From assembly GCA_965277805.1 (NCBI GenBank), contig OZ255842.1, forward strand, positions 384,001 to 448,000: 64,000 bases of DNA, given 5' to 3'. This stretch comes from Candidatus Lustribacter sp. Its GTDB lineage: Bacteria > Vulcanimicrobiota > Vulcanimicrobiia > Vulcanimicrobiales > Vulcanimicrobiaceae. Below the pieces are notes generated by a model. It saw only the letters and a list, made by a program, of their open reading frames with translations, did not search any database and was not told where the DNA came from. Of this stretch, positions 8,915-18,611 are shown piece after piece. The first letter of the stretch is position 1; the number at the start of each line of letters is the position of its first letter. A program made the translations under genes and the position numbers.

Positions 8915-9826
8915 ATGGCATTATCTTGTAGTTTGATCGACTCTGCATTGACGCGGCCAATCCTCGACGGCGCCGTTCCGGTCAAAGGCCTCGATCTGGC
9001 CATCTCCACCGCGACCGTCGACGAGAACAGCCGGGCCATGATCGCTGGCAAACTCGACATCGCCGAGATGTCGATGGCGACCTTCGTTCAAGGTCTCGCG
9101 CACGGGAAACAATGGCTCGCCATCCCCGTGTTCATGGGCCGGCGCTTTCTGCAACCGTGCGTCGCGTTCGCCAAGGGTTCGACCATCGCATCGCCCAGTG
9201 ATCTGCGCGGGAAACGTATCGGATTGCCGCAGTTCTGGATGACGTCGAGCATGTGGCATCGCGGTTTGCTCGAACACGAGTACGGCGTGCCGGCCACGCA
9301 AGTTGCATGGGTCACCAACCAGCCCGAACGGCTCGACGCGGGATTCACCCCCGGCGCGCAAGTGACCAACGTCGGCGATCAGCCGCTCTCGGCACTGCCG
9401 AAATTGCTCGGCGACGGCATCGTCGACGTGCTGTTCGCGCCGCGGCCGCTGGAGCGGGACGGCTCGCTCGGTTTTCTCTTCGACGATCCGGTAGGCACGG
9501 CGCTCGAGTATCGCGCGCGGACAGGAATCTACCCGTTGCTGCACACGATCGTGCTCAAGGCCGAGCACAAGGATCTCGCGCCGGCGCTCTACGAGCTCTT
9601 CACCCGCTCCAAAGAGTACGCATACGAGCATCCGGGCAAGGTCGAGATCGAGTCGCCGATCGCCGGGCTCTCGTTCGAAGAAGCGCGCGAACGCCTGGGG
9701 GAACCCTACCCGTACGGCGTACGTGCCAATTCCGCGGCGATCGACGCGTTCATGACGTATTCGCTGGAACAGGCCCTGACCGCCAAGCGCGTCAGCGCCG
9801 CGGAGGCATTCCTCGCTCTGGACTGA
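8915..9826 (+). CDS. 4,5-dihydroxyphthalate decarboxylase-like protein (PBP2 fold)
   Basis: DIAEMSMA, SDLRGKRIG, TGIYPLLH and PYPYGVRAN motifs; no signal peptide. Confidence 0.65.
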   Translation: MALSCSLIDSALTRPILDGAVPVKGLDLAISTATVDENSRAMIAGKLDIAEMSMATFVQGLAHGKQWLAIPVFMGRRFLQPCVAFAKGSTIASPSDLRGKRIGLPQFWMTSSMWHRGLLEHEYGVPATQVAWVTNQPERLDAGFTPGAQVTNVGDQPLSALPKLLGDGIVDVLFAPRPLERDGSLGFLFDDPVGTALEYRARTGIYPLLHTIVLKAEHKDLAPALYELFTRSKEYAYEHPGKVEIESPIAGLSFEEARERLGEPYPYGVRANSAAIDAFMTYSLEQALTAKRVSAAEAFLALD

Positions 9827-9841
9827 TCGCGGGAGACATCG

Positions 9842-10666
9842 ATGATCGCTGCGCAAGCGGCACCGGCCAAAATCCGCTTCGAGGACGTCGGCAAGACGTT
9901 CGAGATCCGCACGGGCCCGCTCGTTGCGCTCGAGCAGATCAATCTCGATATCCCGGCCGGTTCGTTCTTCGTGATCGTGGGTCCGAGCGGTTGCGGTAAG
10001 ACGACGTTACTGCGTATGGCCGCCGGCCTCGAGACGCCGACGTCGGGCACGATCACGATCGGCCGCGAACGCGTCGACCGGCCCGCCAACTCGATGATCT
10101 TTCAGGGCGAGTCGATCTTTCCGTGGATGACCGTGTTCGACAACGCCGCCTACGGTTTGCGCATGCGCAACGCGCCGAAGCGCGAGATCGGCGATGTGGT
10201 CGGTCACTACCTCGACCGCACCGGACTGACGAAGTTCGCCAAGGCCTATCCGCACCAGCTCTCGGGCGGCATGAAGCAGCGCGTTTCGATCGCGCGCGCG
10301 TTCGCTAACGATCCCGAAGTGTTGCTGATGGACGAACCGTTCTCGGCGCTCGACGAACAGAACAAAACGCTGCTGCAAGAAGAACTCTTGCGCATTTGGG
10401 AAGAGACGAAGAAGACCGTGCTCTTCATCACGCACAGCGTCGATGAAGCCGTGACGCTTGGCGATCAGATCATGGTGATGACCGCGCAGCCCGGCCGTGC
10501 AAAGGCGATCATCGACGTGCCGTTTCCGCGCCCGCGCAAAGTGCTGGAATTGCGTGCGGAGCCGGCCTACGGCGAGCTGGTCTACCACATTTGGGGCCAG
10601 CTGCGCGACGAGGTGCTCGCGGCCAAAGCCGGTGAAGCGGCCGAAGTTGCGGGAGCGCTGCGATGA
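9842..10666 (+). CDS. NitT/TauT family ABC ATP-binding protein
   Basis: GPSGCGKT, LSGGMKQR and LLMDEPF motifs. Confidence 0.93.
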   Translation: MIAAQAAPAKIRFEDVGKTFEIRTGPLVALEQINLDIPAGSFFVIVGPSGCGKTTLLRMAAGLETPTSGTITIGRERVDRPANSMIFQGESIFPWMTVFDNAAYGLRMRNAPKREIGDVVGHYLDRTGLTKFAKAYPHQLSGGMKQRVSIARAFANDPEVLLMDEPFSALDEQNKTLLQEELLRIWEETKKTVLFITHSVDEAVTLGDQIMVMTAQPGRAKAIIDVPFPRPRKVLELRAEPAYGELVYHIWGQLRDEVLAAKAGEAAEVAGALR

Positions 10667-11508
10667 TTGCAACGTCGACGGATCCGGCACCGGCGAACGA
10701 ACCGAACGCAATCGTCATTCGCGGAAGTTCGTCGGCGAAGCGCGGGTTCTCGCGCGACACCTCCGATCGCCTGATGGGGCTGATCGCGCCGGTCGGGCTG
10801 TTCGTGTTGTGGGAACTCCTGGCCGACATCCACGTGATCGATACGCGTTTTTTCCCCGCGCCATCGAGTATCGCGGGCACGTTCGGCGTGCTGATCAAGA
10901 ACGGTCAACTGCTCGCCAACACGACGATCAGCCTCGAGCGGCTGTTCTTCGGCTTCTTGCTGGGCGCGATTCCGGCGCTGATCATCGGCCTCACGATGGG
11001 ACTCTACCGGCCCATCCGCGCGCTCGTCGAGCCGCTGATTCAAGGCACGTATCCGATCCCGAAAAGCGCGATTTTGCCGTTGATTTTGCTGATTTTCGGC
11101 CTCGGCGAACCATCGAAGATCGTAATGGTCGCGATCGGCGTCTTCTATCCGGTCGTCATCAACACGGTCTCGGGCGTGATGCAGATCCCCAAGATCTATC
11201 TCGACGTCGGCCACAACTTCGGCGCCAACCGCTGGAACATGTTCACCACGATCGCGCTGCCCGGCGCGCTGCCGTTCATCATGACCGGGATCAAGCTGGG
11301 AGCCGGTCTCGGACTGATCCTGATCGCGATCGCCGAGATGATCGGCGCGCAGAGCGGCCTGGGCTACATGATCTGGAACGCGTGGCAGATTCTCTCGGTC
11401 AACACGATGTACGTCGGCCTGATCATGATCGCACTGGTCGGCTTCGCCCTCACGGCAATCCTCAACGAAGTCGAGCGCTTGCTCATCCCCGCCAGGCAAG
11501 ACCGCTAA
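10663..11508 (+). CDS. NitT/TauT family ABC permease
   Basis: Multiple TM helices; PIPKSA and AEMIGAQSGLG motifs. Confidence 0.92.
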   Translation: MIATSTDPAPANEPNAIVIRGSSSAKRGFSRDTSDRLMGLIAPVGLFVLWELLADIHVIDTRFFPAPSSIAGTFGVLIKNGQLLANTTISLERLFFGFLLGAIPALIIGLTMGLYRPIRALVEPLIQGTYPIPKSAILPLILLIFGLGEPSKIVMVAIGVFYPVVINTVSGVMQIPKIYLDVGHNFGANRWNMFTTIALPGALPFIMTGIKLGAGLGLILIAIAEMIGAQSGLGYMIWNAWQILSVNTMYVGLIMIALVGFALTAILNEVERLLIPARQDR

Positions 11509-11509
11509 C

Positions 11510-11586
11510 TGTCATCCCGAGCTTGTCGAGGGACCGCCTCAATCGACTTCTCTGAGCGGCGGCCCCTCGACAAGCTCGGGGTGGCA
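11510..11586. repeat. REP-like palindromic element
   Basis: 23-nt arms TGTCATCCCGAGCTTGTCGAGGG and CCCTCGACAAGCTCGGGGTGGCA are complementary with two G-U positions. Confidence 0.75.
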
Positions 11587-11601
11587 TGATATTGTCGGCC
11601 C

Positions 11602-11685
11602 ATGTCCGCAGTTCGCGCGATTATGACCACGACGATTATGACCATTCCCCTCGGCGAGGGCGAGTGTCGGTCGGTGCTGGTCTAG
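11602..11685 (+). CDS. Ile/Met/Thr-rich attenuator leader peptide MSAVRAIMTTTIMTIPLGEGECRSVLV
   Basis: 27-codon ORF with an IMTTTIMTI run, upstream of hom. Preceded by TG-a-TATTGT 6 nt before the ATG. Confidence 0.85.
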   Translation: MSAVRAIMTTTIMTIPLGEGECRSVLV

Positions 11686-11709
11686 ACGCGAACCACGGCA
11701 CCAGATGAC

Positions 11710-11741
11710 ACGGCCCTCGCCAGTAGGCGGGGGCCGTTTTT
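11710..11741 (+). terminator. hom attenuator intrinsic terminator
   Basis: ACGGCCCTCGCC-agta-GGCGGGGGCCGT followed by a T run, located before the hom RBS. Confidence 0.85.
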
Positions 11742-11754
11742 ATTGGAGGATCCC

Positions 11755-12915
11755 ATGGCTGCCCTCTCTCTCCACGAACTCCAAGAACGCTCGAGCGTGC
11801 CGGCTCCCGCGCGTCCCGGCGTCGGCCTGCTCGGCTGCGGGGTCGTGGGCGCCGCGGTGGCGCGCCGCCTGCTGCTGGCCCACCCCGGCCTCTTGCGGGC
11901 CGTGGCCGTGCGCGATCCGCACAAGGCGCGCGACGTCGATTGGGAAGCGTGGGACGGCGATCCGTTTGCGGTGGTCGACGATCCGAACGTGAGCGTCGTC
12001 GTGGAGTGCATCGGCGGCGTGCGGCTGGCGCGCGAACTCGTGCTGCGCGCGATCGCACACGGCAAGGACGTCGTCACCGCCAACAAGGAGCTCATCGCGC
12101 AAGACGGTCCGTGGCTGCGCGCGTTCGCCGCTCGCACCGGCGCGACGCTGCACTACGAGGCGTCGGTGGGCGGCGCGATCCCGATCTTACGCGCGTTGGA
12201 AACCTCGCTCGCCGACGAGCCGATTCTCGAAGTCGGCGGCGTGGTCAACGGCACGACGAACTTCGTGCTCTCGCAGATGGAGAACGGCGCGAGTTACGCG
12301 GCGGCACTGGCACAAGCGCAGCAGCGCGGCTTCGCCGAAGCGGATCCGCGCAACGATGTCGACGGCATCGATGCCGCGCACAAACTCGCGATCCTCGCGA
12401 CGCTGGCGTTTCATCGCCCGGTCGCCTCGGCCGAACTCTCGCGTTGCGGCATCACTGCGATCCTGCCCGAGGACGTTGCGCTTGCGGCCGAACGCGGCTG
12501 GCGCCTCAAGCTCGTCGCGTTGGCGCGGCGCGCGAACGACGGCATCGAAGCGGGCGTCACGCCGGCGTTCGTCGCCCGCAGCCATGCCTTCGCCCGGCCC
12601 AACGATGCCGAGAACGTCGTGCGCGTGGTCGGTGTAGATTCGGGCGCGCTCGAATTCTTCGGCCTCGGCGCAGGCGGCGCGGCATCGGCGTCTAGCGTCG
12701 TCGGCGACATCCTCAGCGCGATCGACCTGCGCGCGCGCGGCATCACCGCTCACCGCGGCGTGGTCGGCGATCCGCAACGCGCCGGTGCGCTGCGTTTGCC
12801 GGTCGTGTTGCGCTCGGCGGACAGCGTGCGCATCAGCGAACCGCACGCGCTCGACGATCTCGCAACCCTCGCGGCGCAACCCGGCGTGCTCGCCGCGATC
12901 CCGCTGCTCGTTTAG
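11755..12915 (+). CDS. hom: Homoserine dehydrogenase
   Basis: GCGVVG, VVTANK, YEASVGGAIP, NGTTNF and GFAEADP..DVDGIDAAHK motifs. GGAGG RBS. Confidence 0.93.
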   Translation: MAALSLHELQERSSVPAPARPGVGLLGCGVVGAAVARRLLLAHPGLLRAVAVRDPHKARDVDWEAWDGDPFAVVDDPNVSVVVECIGGVRLARELVLRAIAHGKDVVTANKELIAQDGPWLRAFAARTGATLHYEASVGGAIPILRALETSLADEPILEVGGVVNGTTNFVLSQMENGASYAAALAQAQQRGFAEADPRNDVDGIDAAHKLAILATLAFHRPVASAELSRCGITAILPEDVALAAERGWRLKLVALARRANDGIEAGVTPAFVARSHAFARPNDAENVVRVVGVDSGALEFFGLGAGGAASASSVVGDILSAIDLRARGITAHRGVVGDPQRAGALRLPVVLRSADSVRISEPHALDDLATLAAQPGVLAAIPLLV

Positions 12916-13147
12916 GATTTCCTCAGCCGGCGGCTTCCTCGAGCGTGTCGAACTGAGCGCGCGCCTGCAGCACCGCGGGGTGGCTGCGCTCCGTCCACTC
13001 CACGAGGGAGCTCATCGATTCGAGGGTCGACGAACCATGGGCGCGACGCCTCGCCTCTGCGGACCCGCAGAATCTACCACTCGTCCGCAACGCCTTTGGC
13101 TCTCCATTGTCTGGCTCATGATTACCAAGCCATCCCTGTGATGGGAA

Positions 13148-14488
13148 TTATTGCGAGGCGGACGCGCTCTCTTTGGTGGAGAGGGTGTGGCCTTGGCCGG
13201 GCTGGTTGCCGCCGCCGTCGACGAGCAGCGAGAGGTTGGCGAGGCGCTCGATGATCTCGGCCTCGTTTTCGTTGCGCGGTTCCATCGGCTGCAGGCCGCG
13301 GTCTTCGCGCAGCGCTGCGCGGTGCTGGCCGTAGAGTTCTTCGGCCTTGTCTTGATTGCGCCAGCAGGCTTTGAAGTGATCCGCCACGCGGAAGGCGGTG
13401 CCGTTGTCGTTGCGTTTGAGTTTCGCCGCGACCGCGCCGGCCACCGAATAAACATCGAAGACGCAGTTGCGCAGTGGATCGAGCCGCGGGTCGTAGCTGA
13501 GCAGCGATTCTTTCTTTTCCAGATCGCGCAGCTGGAAGTACGAGAGCTTGCCGAAGCGCGCGACCTTCCCGATGATCGCGCCCATGATCGGCAGTTCGGT
13601 CGGCGAGAGGTTTTGTTCGCCCATCGCGCGATCGCGCTGTTCTTCGTCGGAGACGACGCCGCGTTCCAAACGTTTGGCGTAGTCGGCGCGTTCTTTCTTG
13701 ATCTTTTCGATGCGCTTGAAGACGGGCTTGATCTCGGGCCGCTCGTGGAACTCGTTAAGGCCGGCGTCGCTCTCCATCGCCTTCTTGATCGACTCTTCTT
13801 TGAGGTAGATCGCGCGCTTCATCTGCTCGTCCAGCGCGCCGAGTTGTTCCTCACGCTTGCGCATCGCCGCGCGTAATTCGCTCAGCGATTCGGCCGCGAC
13901 GTAGGCCGCGCGGTAGAGTTTGCCGGCCCGACCGAAAGAGAAGACGTTCTCCCAGAACGTCGGCGGGTTGACGCCCTTCTTGTCGACGTGCATCGGATAG
14001 GCCGACGCGTATTGGCGCGTCGTGACCATGGCGGTTGCCCGGCGTTCGTCCTCGAACGTGCGGCCGTTCTTGATCTCGCGCAACAGCCCCTCACGTTTCT
14101 GCGCGAACGAGGTCTGGATTGCGGTCTCGGCCGACGCCATCTGCTGCCGCTGGTAGCGGCGCTTCGCGTCCTCGTAGGTCTCGAGGTCTCTCGCGTCTTG
14201 CGCGAAGTCCGGAATATTGTAGGGCGAGGCCTCGATGCCGCCCGGCGGGAGATTCGTGTCCTCGTCGTCGTGCAAGCTCAGCGCGCGCGGGCGTTCGAGC
14301 GGCGCTAGCGCCGGCGGTTCTTCGCGTTGCTCTTCCTCAACGCCGAGTGCCGCGTAGAGCTCCGAGGCGACGTCGGGTTCACCGAACGCATCGCCTGCGT
14401 CGGTTTCGGGTTCGCCGGTGAGTGGCGACCCAATGGGGGATTCCGCCTCGTCGGCGCCATCGCCGAAGCTTTCAAAGAGACGGGACAA
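13148..14488 (-). CDS. Hypothetical protein (acidic N-terminus, coiled-coil core)
   Basis: 446-aa ORF with native codon bias and no recognisable motif. Confidence 0.75.
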   Translation of the reverse strand: MSRLFESFGDGADEAESPIGSPLTGEPETDAGDAFGEPDVASELYAALGVEEEQREEPPALAPLERPRALSLHDDEDTNLPPGGIEASPYNIPDFAQDARDLETYEDAKRRYQRQQMASAETAIQTSFAQKREGLLREIKNGRTFEDERRATAMVTTRQYASAYPMHVDKKGVNPPTFWENVFSFGRAGKLYRAAYVAAESLSELRAAMRKREEQLGALDEQMKRAIYLKEESIKKAMESDAGLNEFHERPEIKPVFKRIEKIKKERADYAKRLERGVVSDEEQRDRAMGEQNLSPTELPIMGAIIGKVARFGKLSYFQLRDLEKKESLLSYDPRLDPLRNCVFDVYSVAGAVAAKLKRNDNGTAFRVADHFKACWRNQDKAEELYGQHRAALREDRGLQPMEPRNENEAEIIERLANLSLLVDGGGNQPGQGHTLSTKESASASQ

Positions 14489-14634
14489 GCCGCTACCGAA
14501 ACGCCTCGGCGCGGCCGTCGGATCGGCGCACCCAGCTTACCACGGCAGGAAACTCGTTCCTTAAGAGCACGCTTGACGCCTTTCTTTACGGCGGAGTAGA
14601 GACTCAGTGGTACGTCGAATACGGTATTCCCAAC

Positions 14635-15132
14635 ATGCGAGCCACGCGCGCCGTCGCCTTGGTCCTGTTGTTGGTCGCCGTCGCCGCCGCCTCATGGTGG
14701 TTCTTCGGCCGGCACACAAACGAGCCGTCTTCCATTGCCGTCTACTATACCAAGTCGGACGGCACCACGCTCGTGCCATGGACGGTTTCGCTCGGTCCCG
14801 CGCGCGACCGGGGTTCGGTAGCCTTCTATGCGGCCGTACAAGCGGTCGCCGGGCCACCGGCCGGGGTCGACGCGGTACGCTTTCCGCCCGGAACTACCGT
14901 CCTTTCAGCCCACGTTGACGGGTCGACGGCCGACGTCGATCTGTCCAAAGACGTGGGCGTTGCCGTTGAGGGCAGCTTCAACGAGGCGGCAGAGTTTAAG
15001 GCGCTGGTGTACACGCTGACCGCCCTCCCCGGCATCTCGTCCGTGCGCGTGAGCGTTGCGGGCCAGACGCTCGCGACGCTTCCCGGAGGTCACCTCGAAC
15101 TCGATGAACCGCTTTCGCGTCAGAGTTTTTAG
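14635..15132 (+). CDS. GerMN domain protein
   Basis: N-terminal TM helix; AVAGP, PPGTTVL, VDLS and LVYTLTALPGISSV motifs. Confidence 0.85.
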   Translation: MRATRAVALVLLLVAVAAASWWFFGRHTNEPSSIAVYYTKSDGTTLVPWTVSLGPARDRGSVAFYAAVQAVAGPPAGVDAVRFPPGTTVLSAHVDGSTADVDLSKDVGVAVEGSFNEAAEFKALVYTLTALPGISSVRVSVAGQTLATLPGGHLELDEPLSRQSF

Positions 15133-17146
15133 CGCGCTCGCGACGCTCGCCGTCGCGCTTGCCGTTCTGGTCCCGGCCGGCGCTCAGTCGACCGATACGT
15201 CGAACTTCTGGTTTGCCGGCACCCGGCTGATCTTCGAGCGGGCAGTGCCGCTCGACGGCGACGTCGCGGTGTCGATCAAAGATACCGGCCTGCAGCGCTT
15301 TCTCGCCAAACTCGGCGCAACGGTCGCGTTCCAGCCGCAGCAACGCTACATCGTGATTACGGCGGCCGATCACCGCACGATCACCTTCACGATCGGGTCG
15401 GCGCAGTATCTGGCCGGCGGCGTCGCCGCGCGTGCAACCTTCGCCCCGTTCATCGACGGCTCGGAACCGATTTTGCCGCTGTTCGCACTCGCGCACGCGC
15501 TCTATGTCGAGCCGGTCGCGGGCGCCGGCGAAACGATCTTGCAGCCGCAGATCGGCGCGCTCGACATCCGCACGCAGGGCACGAAAACGACGGTCGTCAT
15601 CCGCGGAGCGACCGCGCTCGCGTACGTCAAGCGCGTCGATACGCCGACCCACGTCGAGTTCGCGTTCGCCGGCGTCGCCTCGCCGTTGAGCGGCACGCGC
15701 AAGGTCGGAGCAAACGTGACGGCGACGATTTCGAGCGGCGGCGTGCCGCGCAATCCCTCGACGATCGTGGCCCTCGACGGTCCGCGCGGCTTTACGTACG
15801 ACCTCACTCCGGCCGCGTCGCCGTTCGAACTCGGGCTGACGGTGACCGAGGCGCCGGCCGGATCCCCGGTGGCGGCCAATCCGCCCGCGGCGGCGTTGCC
15901 GAATCCGCCCGCCACGCCGCCGGCTCCGCTGCCGCCGGTTGCCCAGTCGACACCCGGGGCCTACGCGATGCCCTCGCCGCCGGCGCTGGGGGCAGCACCG
16001 CCCGCCGGCGCGTCGCAAACGCCCGAACAGAGCGCGCCGCTGGCCCAGTCGACCACGCCCGCGGTGATCGGTGCGATCACGATGCAGCCGCTCAACGACG
16101 GGCTCACGATCCACGTCGCGATCACCGGCGCGTCGGCGTACGATTGGCACCGCTTGGCCGATCAGCGCTGGTACGTCGATCTGCACAACGCAACGTTGAC
16201 CGACGCCGGGCGCGACGAGCGGCCGGGCGTGGCCGCGGTCGACAGCGTGCGCGTGCGCCAAATCGGGACGCCCGATGCGCCGGTGGTGCGCATCGCGCTG
16301 ACGTTGCGCGGTGAAAAGGAAGTCGACATCACGCCGGTGGCCGACGGGCTTTCGATCGCCGCGACCAACGTCGATGCGATCGCGGCGGTGAAAACCGGCA
16401 GCGGCCGCTTCGGTTCGGCGGCGATCGGCGATGCCGGCGCGCTCGCCGCGGCTCCGCTCCCGGCCGCAATGCCGTTCGGTCTCGCAACGCCGAGCATTCC
16501 GGCCGCGCCGTGGAAGTTCGGCGGAGGTCGCACGATCGTGCTCGATCCGGGCCACGGTGGTGATGACTTCGGCACCGCGCACAACGGGCTCATCGAAAAA
16601 AATCTGACGATCGACATCGCACGCCGGCTGCGGATCTTGCTCACCGCGGCCGGCTGGAACGTGCGGATGACGCGCGATAGCGATATCGATCCGGTCTCGC
16701 AAGCGAACCTCGCGGCGATGCGCGCCGACGGCAAGCCGAATCCCGACGATCGCGCCTACCTGCAGACGCGCTGCGACGTCGCCAACTCGATCAACGCGAA
16801 GTTGTTCATCAGCATTCACGTGAACTATTCCGACAGCCCGAGCATCAACGGCACGACGTTCTACTGGTACAAGCCCGACTCCGAACAATTCGCCGCGGCG
16901 CTGGAAAAGGCCGTGATTCCGGTCGCCGGCACGAGCGACGTCGGTCCGCGGCACGAAAACTTCTACGTGATTCGCCACACCACGATGCCGTCGGTGCTGA
17001 TCGAAACGGCGTTCATCTCAAACCCGCACGACGCAGCCTTGCTGCGCACGCCGGAGTTCTTGCAGAACATGGCCCAGGGAATCGCCAACGGCGTGAAAGC
17101 CTACGCCGGCATTCCGCCCGCGCAAGCGTCGAAAGCCGATCAGTGA
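15104..17146 (+). CDS. N-acetylmuramoyl-L-alanine amidase (Amidase_3) with AMIN-like domain and Pro-rich linker
   Basis: Signal peptide; LDPGHGG, EKNLT, FISIHVN and SVLIETAFISN motifs. Confidence 0.9.
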   Translation: MNRFRVRVFSALATLAVALAVLVPAGAQSTDTSNFWFAGTRLIFERAVPLDGDVAVSIKDTGLQRFLAKLGATVAFQPQQRYIVITAADHRTITFTIGSAQYLAGGVAARATFAPFIDGSEPILPLFALAHALYVEPVAGAGETILQPQIGALDIRTQGTKTTVVIRGATALAYVKRVDTPTHVEFAFAGVASPLSGTRKVGANVTATISSGGVPRNPSTIVALDGPRGFTYDLTPAASPFELGLTVTEAPAGSPVAANPPAAALPNPPATPPAPLPPVAQSTPGAYAMPSPPALGAAPPAGASQTPEQSAPLAQSTTPAVIGAITMQPLNDGLTIHVAITGASAYDWHRLADQRWYVDLHNATLTDAGRDERPGVAAVDSVRVRQIGTPDAPVVRIALTLRGEKEVDITPVADGLSIAATNVDAIAAVKTGSGRFGSAAIGDAGALAAAPLPAAMPFGLATPSIPAAPWKFGGGRTIVLDPGHGGDDFGTAHNGLIEKNLTIDIARRLRILLTAAGWNVRMTRDSDIDPVSQANLAAMRADGKPNPDDRAYLQTRCDVANSINAKLFISIHVNYSDSPSINGTTFYWYKPDSEQFAAALEKAVIPVAGTSDVGPRHENFYVIRHTTMPSVLIETAFISNPHDAALLRTPEFLQNMAQGIANGVKAYAGIPPAQASKADQ

Positions 17147-17907
17147 TCGGCGTTTACGACTCGGGACTCGGCGGCCTGACCGTGCTCGCTGCGCTGCGCG
17201 CGGCCGGCATCGGTGACGACGTCGTCTACTTCGCCGATCAAGCCCACGTGCCGTACGGCGAACGCACCGATGCCGATCTGCACGGCTTGCTCACCGCGAA
17301 CCTCGCGTGGCTCGCGGAACACGGCGTCGATCTGGTCGTGATGGGCTGCAACACGTCGTGCGCGGTCGCGGCGAAACTCGGCTGGCCCGCGCAGCGTTTC
17401 GTGCTGCCGATCCAAGACCTGATCGTCAACGGCGCGCGCGCCTTCGCGAGTGCGCCGTATCGCCGCGTGGCAGTCGTCGCTACGCCGGCCACGGTGCGCA
17501 GTCACGCGTACGCCCACGCGATCGCGGCGCAAGCTCCGCACATCGAGGTGGTCGAGATCGCCGCGCCCGCGCTCGTGCCGCTGGTCGAAGCCGGTGCGAG
17601 CGAAAGCGCCGAAGGGCTTGCCGCCGTGCGGGAAGTCGTGGCCGAGTTTCCGGCCGGCGTCGATGCGCTCGTGTACGGCTGCACGCATTATCCGCTGCTC
17701 GACGCGCACTTCGCCGCGCTCGCGCCGAACGTGGCCCGCATCGATCCGGCGGCCGAACAAGCGCGCGCCGTGCTTGCACTGAAGCTGCCTGCTGCATCGG
17801 GATCGACAACGTACGTCACCAACGGTGACGTGGCGAAGTTCGAACGCAACGTGCGCCATTGGACGAACGACCACGCCGGCCGCGTGATGGGCTTGGCGGC
17901 TCGCTAG
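17143..17907 (+). CDS. murI: Glutamate racemase
   Basis: DSGLGG, PYGER, GCNT and GCTHYP motifs. Confidence 0.95.
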   Translation: MIGVYDSGLGGLTVLAALRAAGIGDDVVYFADQAHVPYGERTDADLHGLLTANLAWLAEHGVDLVVMGCNTSCAVAAKLGWPAQRFVLPIQDLIVNGARAFASAPYRRVAVVATPATVRSHAYAHAIAAQAPHIEVVEIAAPALVPLVEAGASESAEGLAAVREVVAEFPAGVDALVYGCTHYPLLDAHFAALAPNVARIDPAAEQARAVLALKLPAASGSTTYVTNGDVAKFERNVRHWTNDHAGRVMGLAAR

Positions 17908-17939
17908 CGGACGCAGCGACTGTGAGCTGACGCAGGGCT

Positions 17940-18578
17940 TCAGATCACGTGAAAGAGCCGGAAAACGGTAAGCGTTGAGACGGTTGCGAGTCCGACGCCG
18001 GCAATGACTTGCAGCACGGTGTGCGCGCGCAAGTAGACACGGGCCCAGCATACGATCGGGATCAGAATCAAGAACGGCAGCGGGCGCGGTCCGTAGATCA
18101 CGCACAGGGCGATGAGCGGTGCGGTGATGCCGAGCGCGTGGGTGGAAATCTTCCAATAACGCGTGATCCACTGCACGACCATCGATGAGACGGCATAGCC
18201 GGCCATTGAGGCGGTGACGATCGCCGGCGCGCCGATGAGCCACAGATCGATCGTGCCGAGCACGAAGAAGATCACGAACACCACGAATACGTGCTCGCGT
18301 TCTTCGCGCTTGGACATATCGAGGTCGGAGATGCGGTCGGTGGCGTAGAGCCAGAAGACGTAGAGCATCGGCCCGATCGAGGTGAAGAACGCGCTGTTAC
18401 CCAGCAGCACCCAGAACTCGGCGTTGGTCCGCGACCGGGCGCCCGCCAAAATCACGAACAGGAGCAAGGCCGTCAGGAACGGGTTGCAGACCGTCGAGAA
18501 GATCCGAGCGACGTCGGTCCAGACCCGGGGCCGGACGCGCAGCGGGATCGGCGGCGGGAGGCCCTGCGGAGCTTGCAC
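17940..18578 (-). CDS. PAP2-like integral membrane protein
   Basis: Hydrophobic; WKISTH and WARVYLRAHT motifs. Start is approximate (GTG 18578). Confidence 0.7.
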   Translation of the reverse strand: MQAPQGLPPPIPLRVRPRVWTDVARIFSTVCNPFLTALLLFVILAGARSRTNAEFWVLLGNSAFFTSIGPMLYVFWLYATDRISDLDMSKREEREHVFVVFVIFFVLGTIDLWLIGAPAIVTASMAGYAVSSMVVQWITRYWKISTHALGITAPLIALCVIYGPRPLPFLILIPIVCWARVYLRAHTVLQVIAGVGLATVSTLTVFRLFHVI

Positions 18579-18611
18579 GGGCTTCGCGTTCGCGGCGTCG
18601 AAAAGCGGGAC

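Noticed and set aside
7678-9060. 460-aa minus ORF as a large GNAT fusion
   Set aside because: The upstream part is an alternate frame over the aldolase gene. The real GNAT starts at 8136.
11590-11750. SAM, lysine or T-box riboswitch upstream of hom
   Set aside because: I saw no conserved riboswitch or T-box motifs. The leader ORF and antiterminator explain the region.
12916-13147. Small ORF or ncRNA between hom and the hypothetical gene
   Set aside because: Only short ORFs without convincing starts or motifs are present, and no recognisable RNA structure. It may be a gene remnant.
14996-16978. 660-aa antisense ORF
   Set aside because: Shadow of the amidase gene caused by high-GC codon bias.
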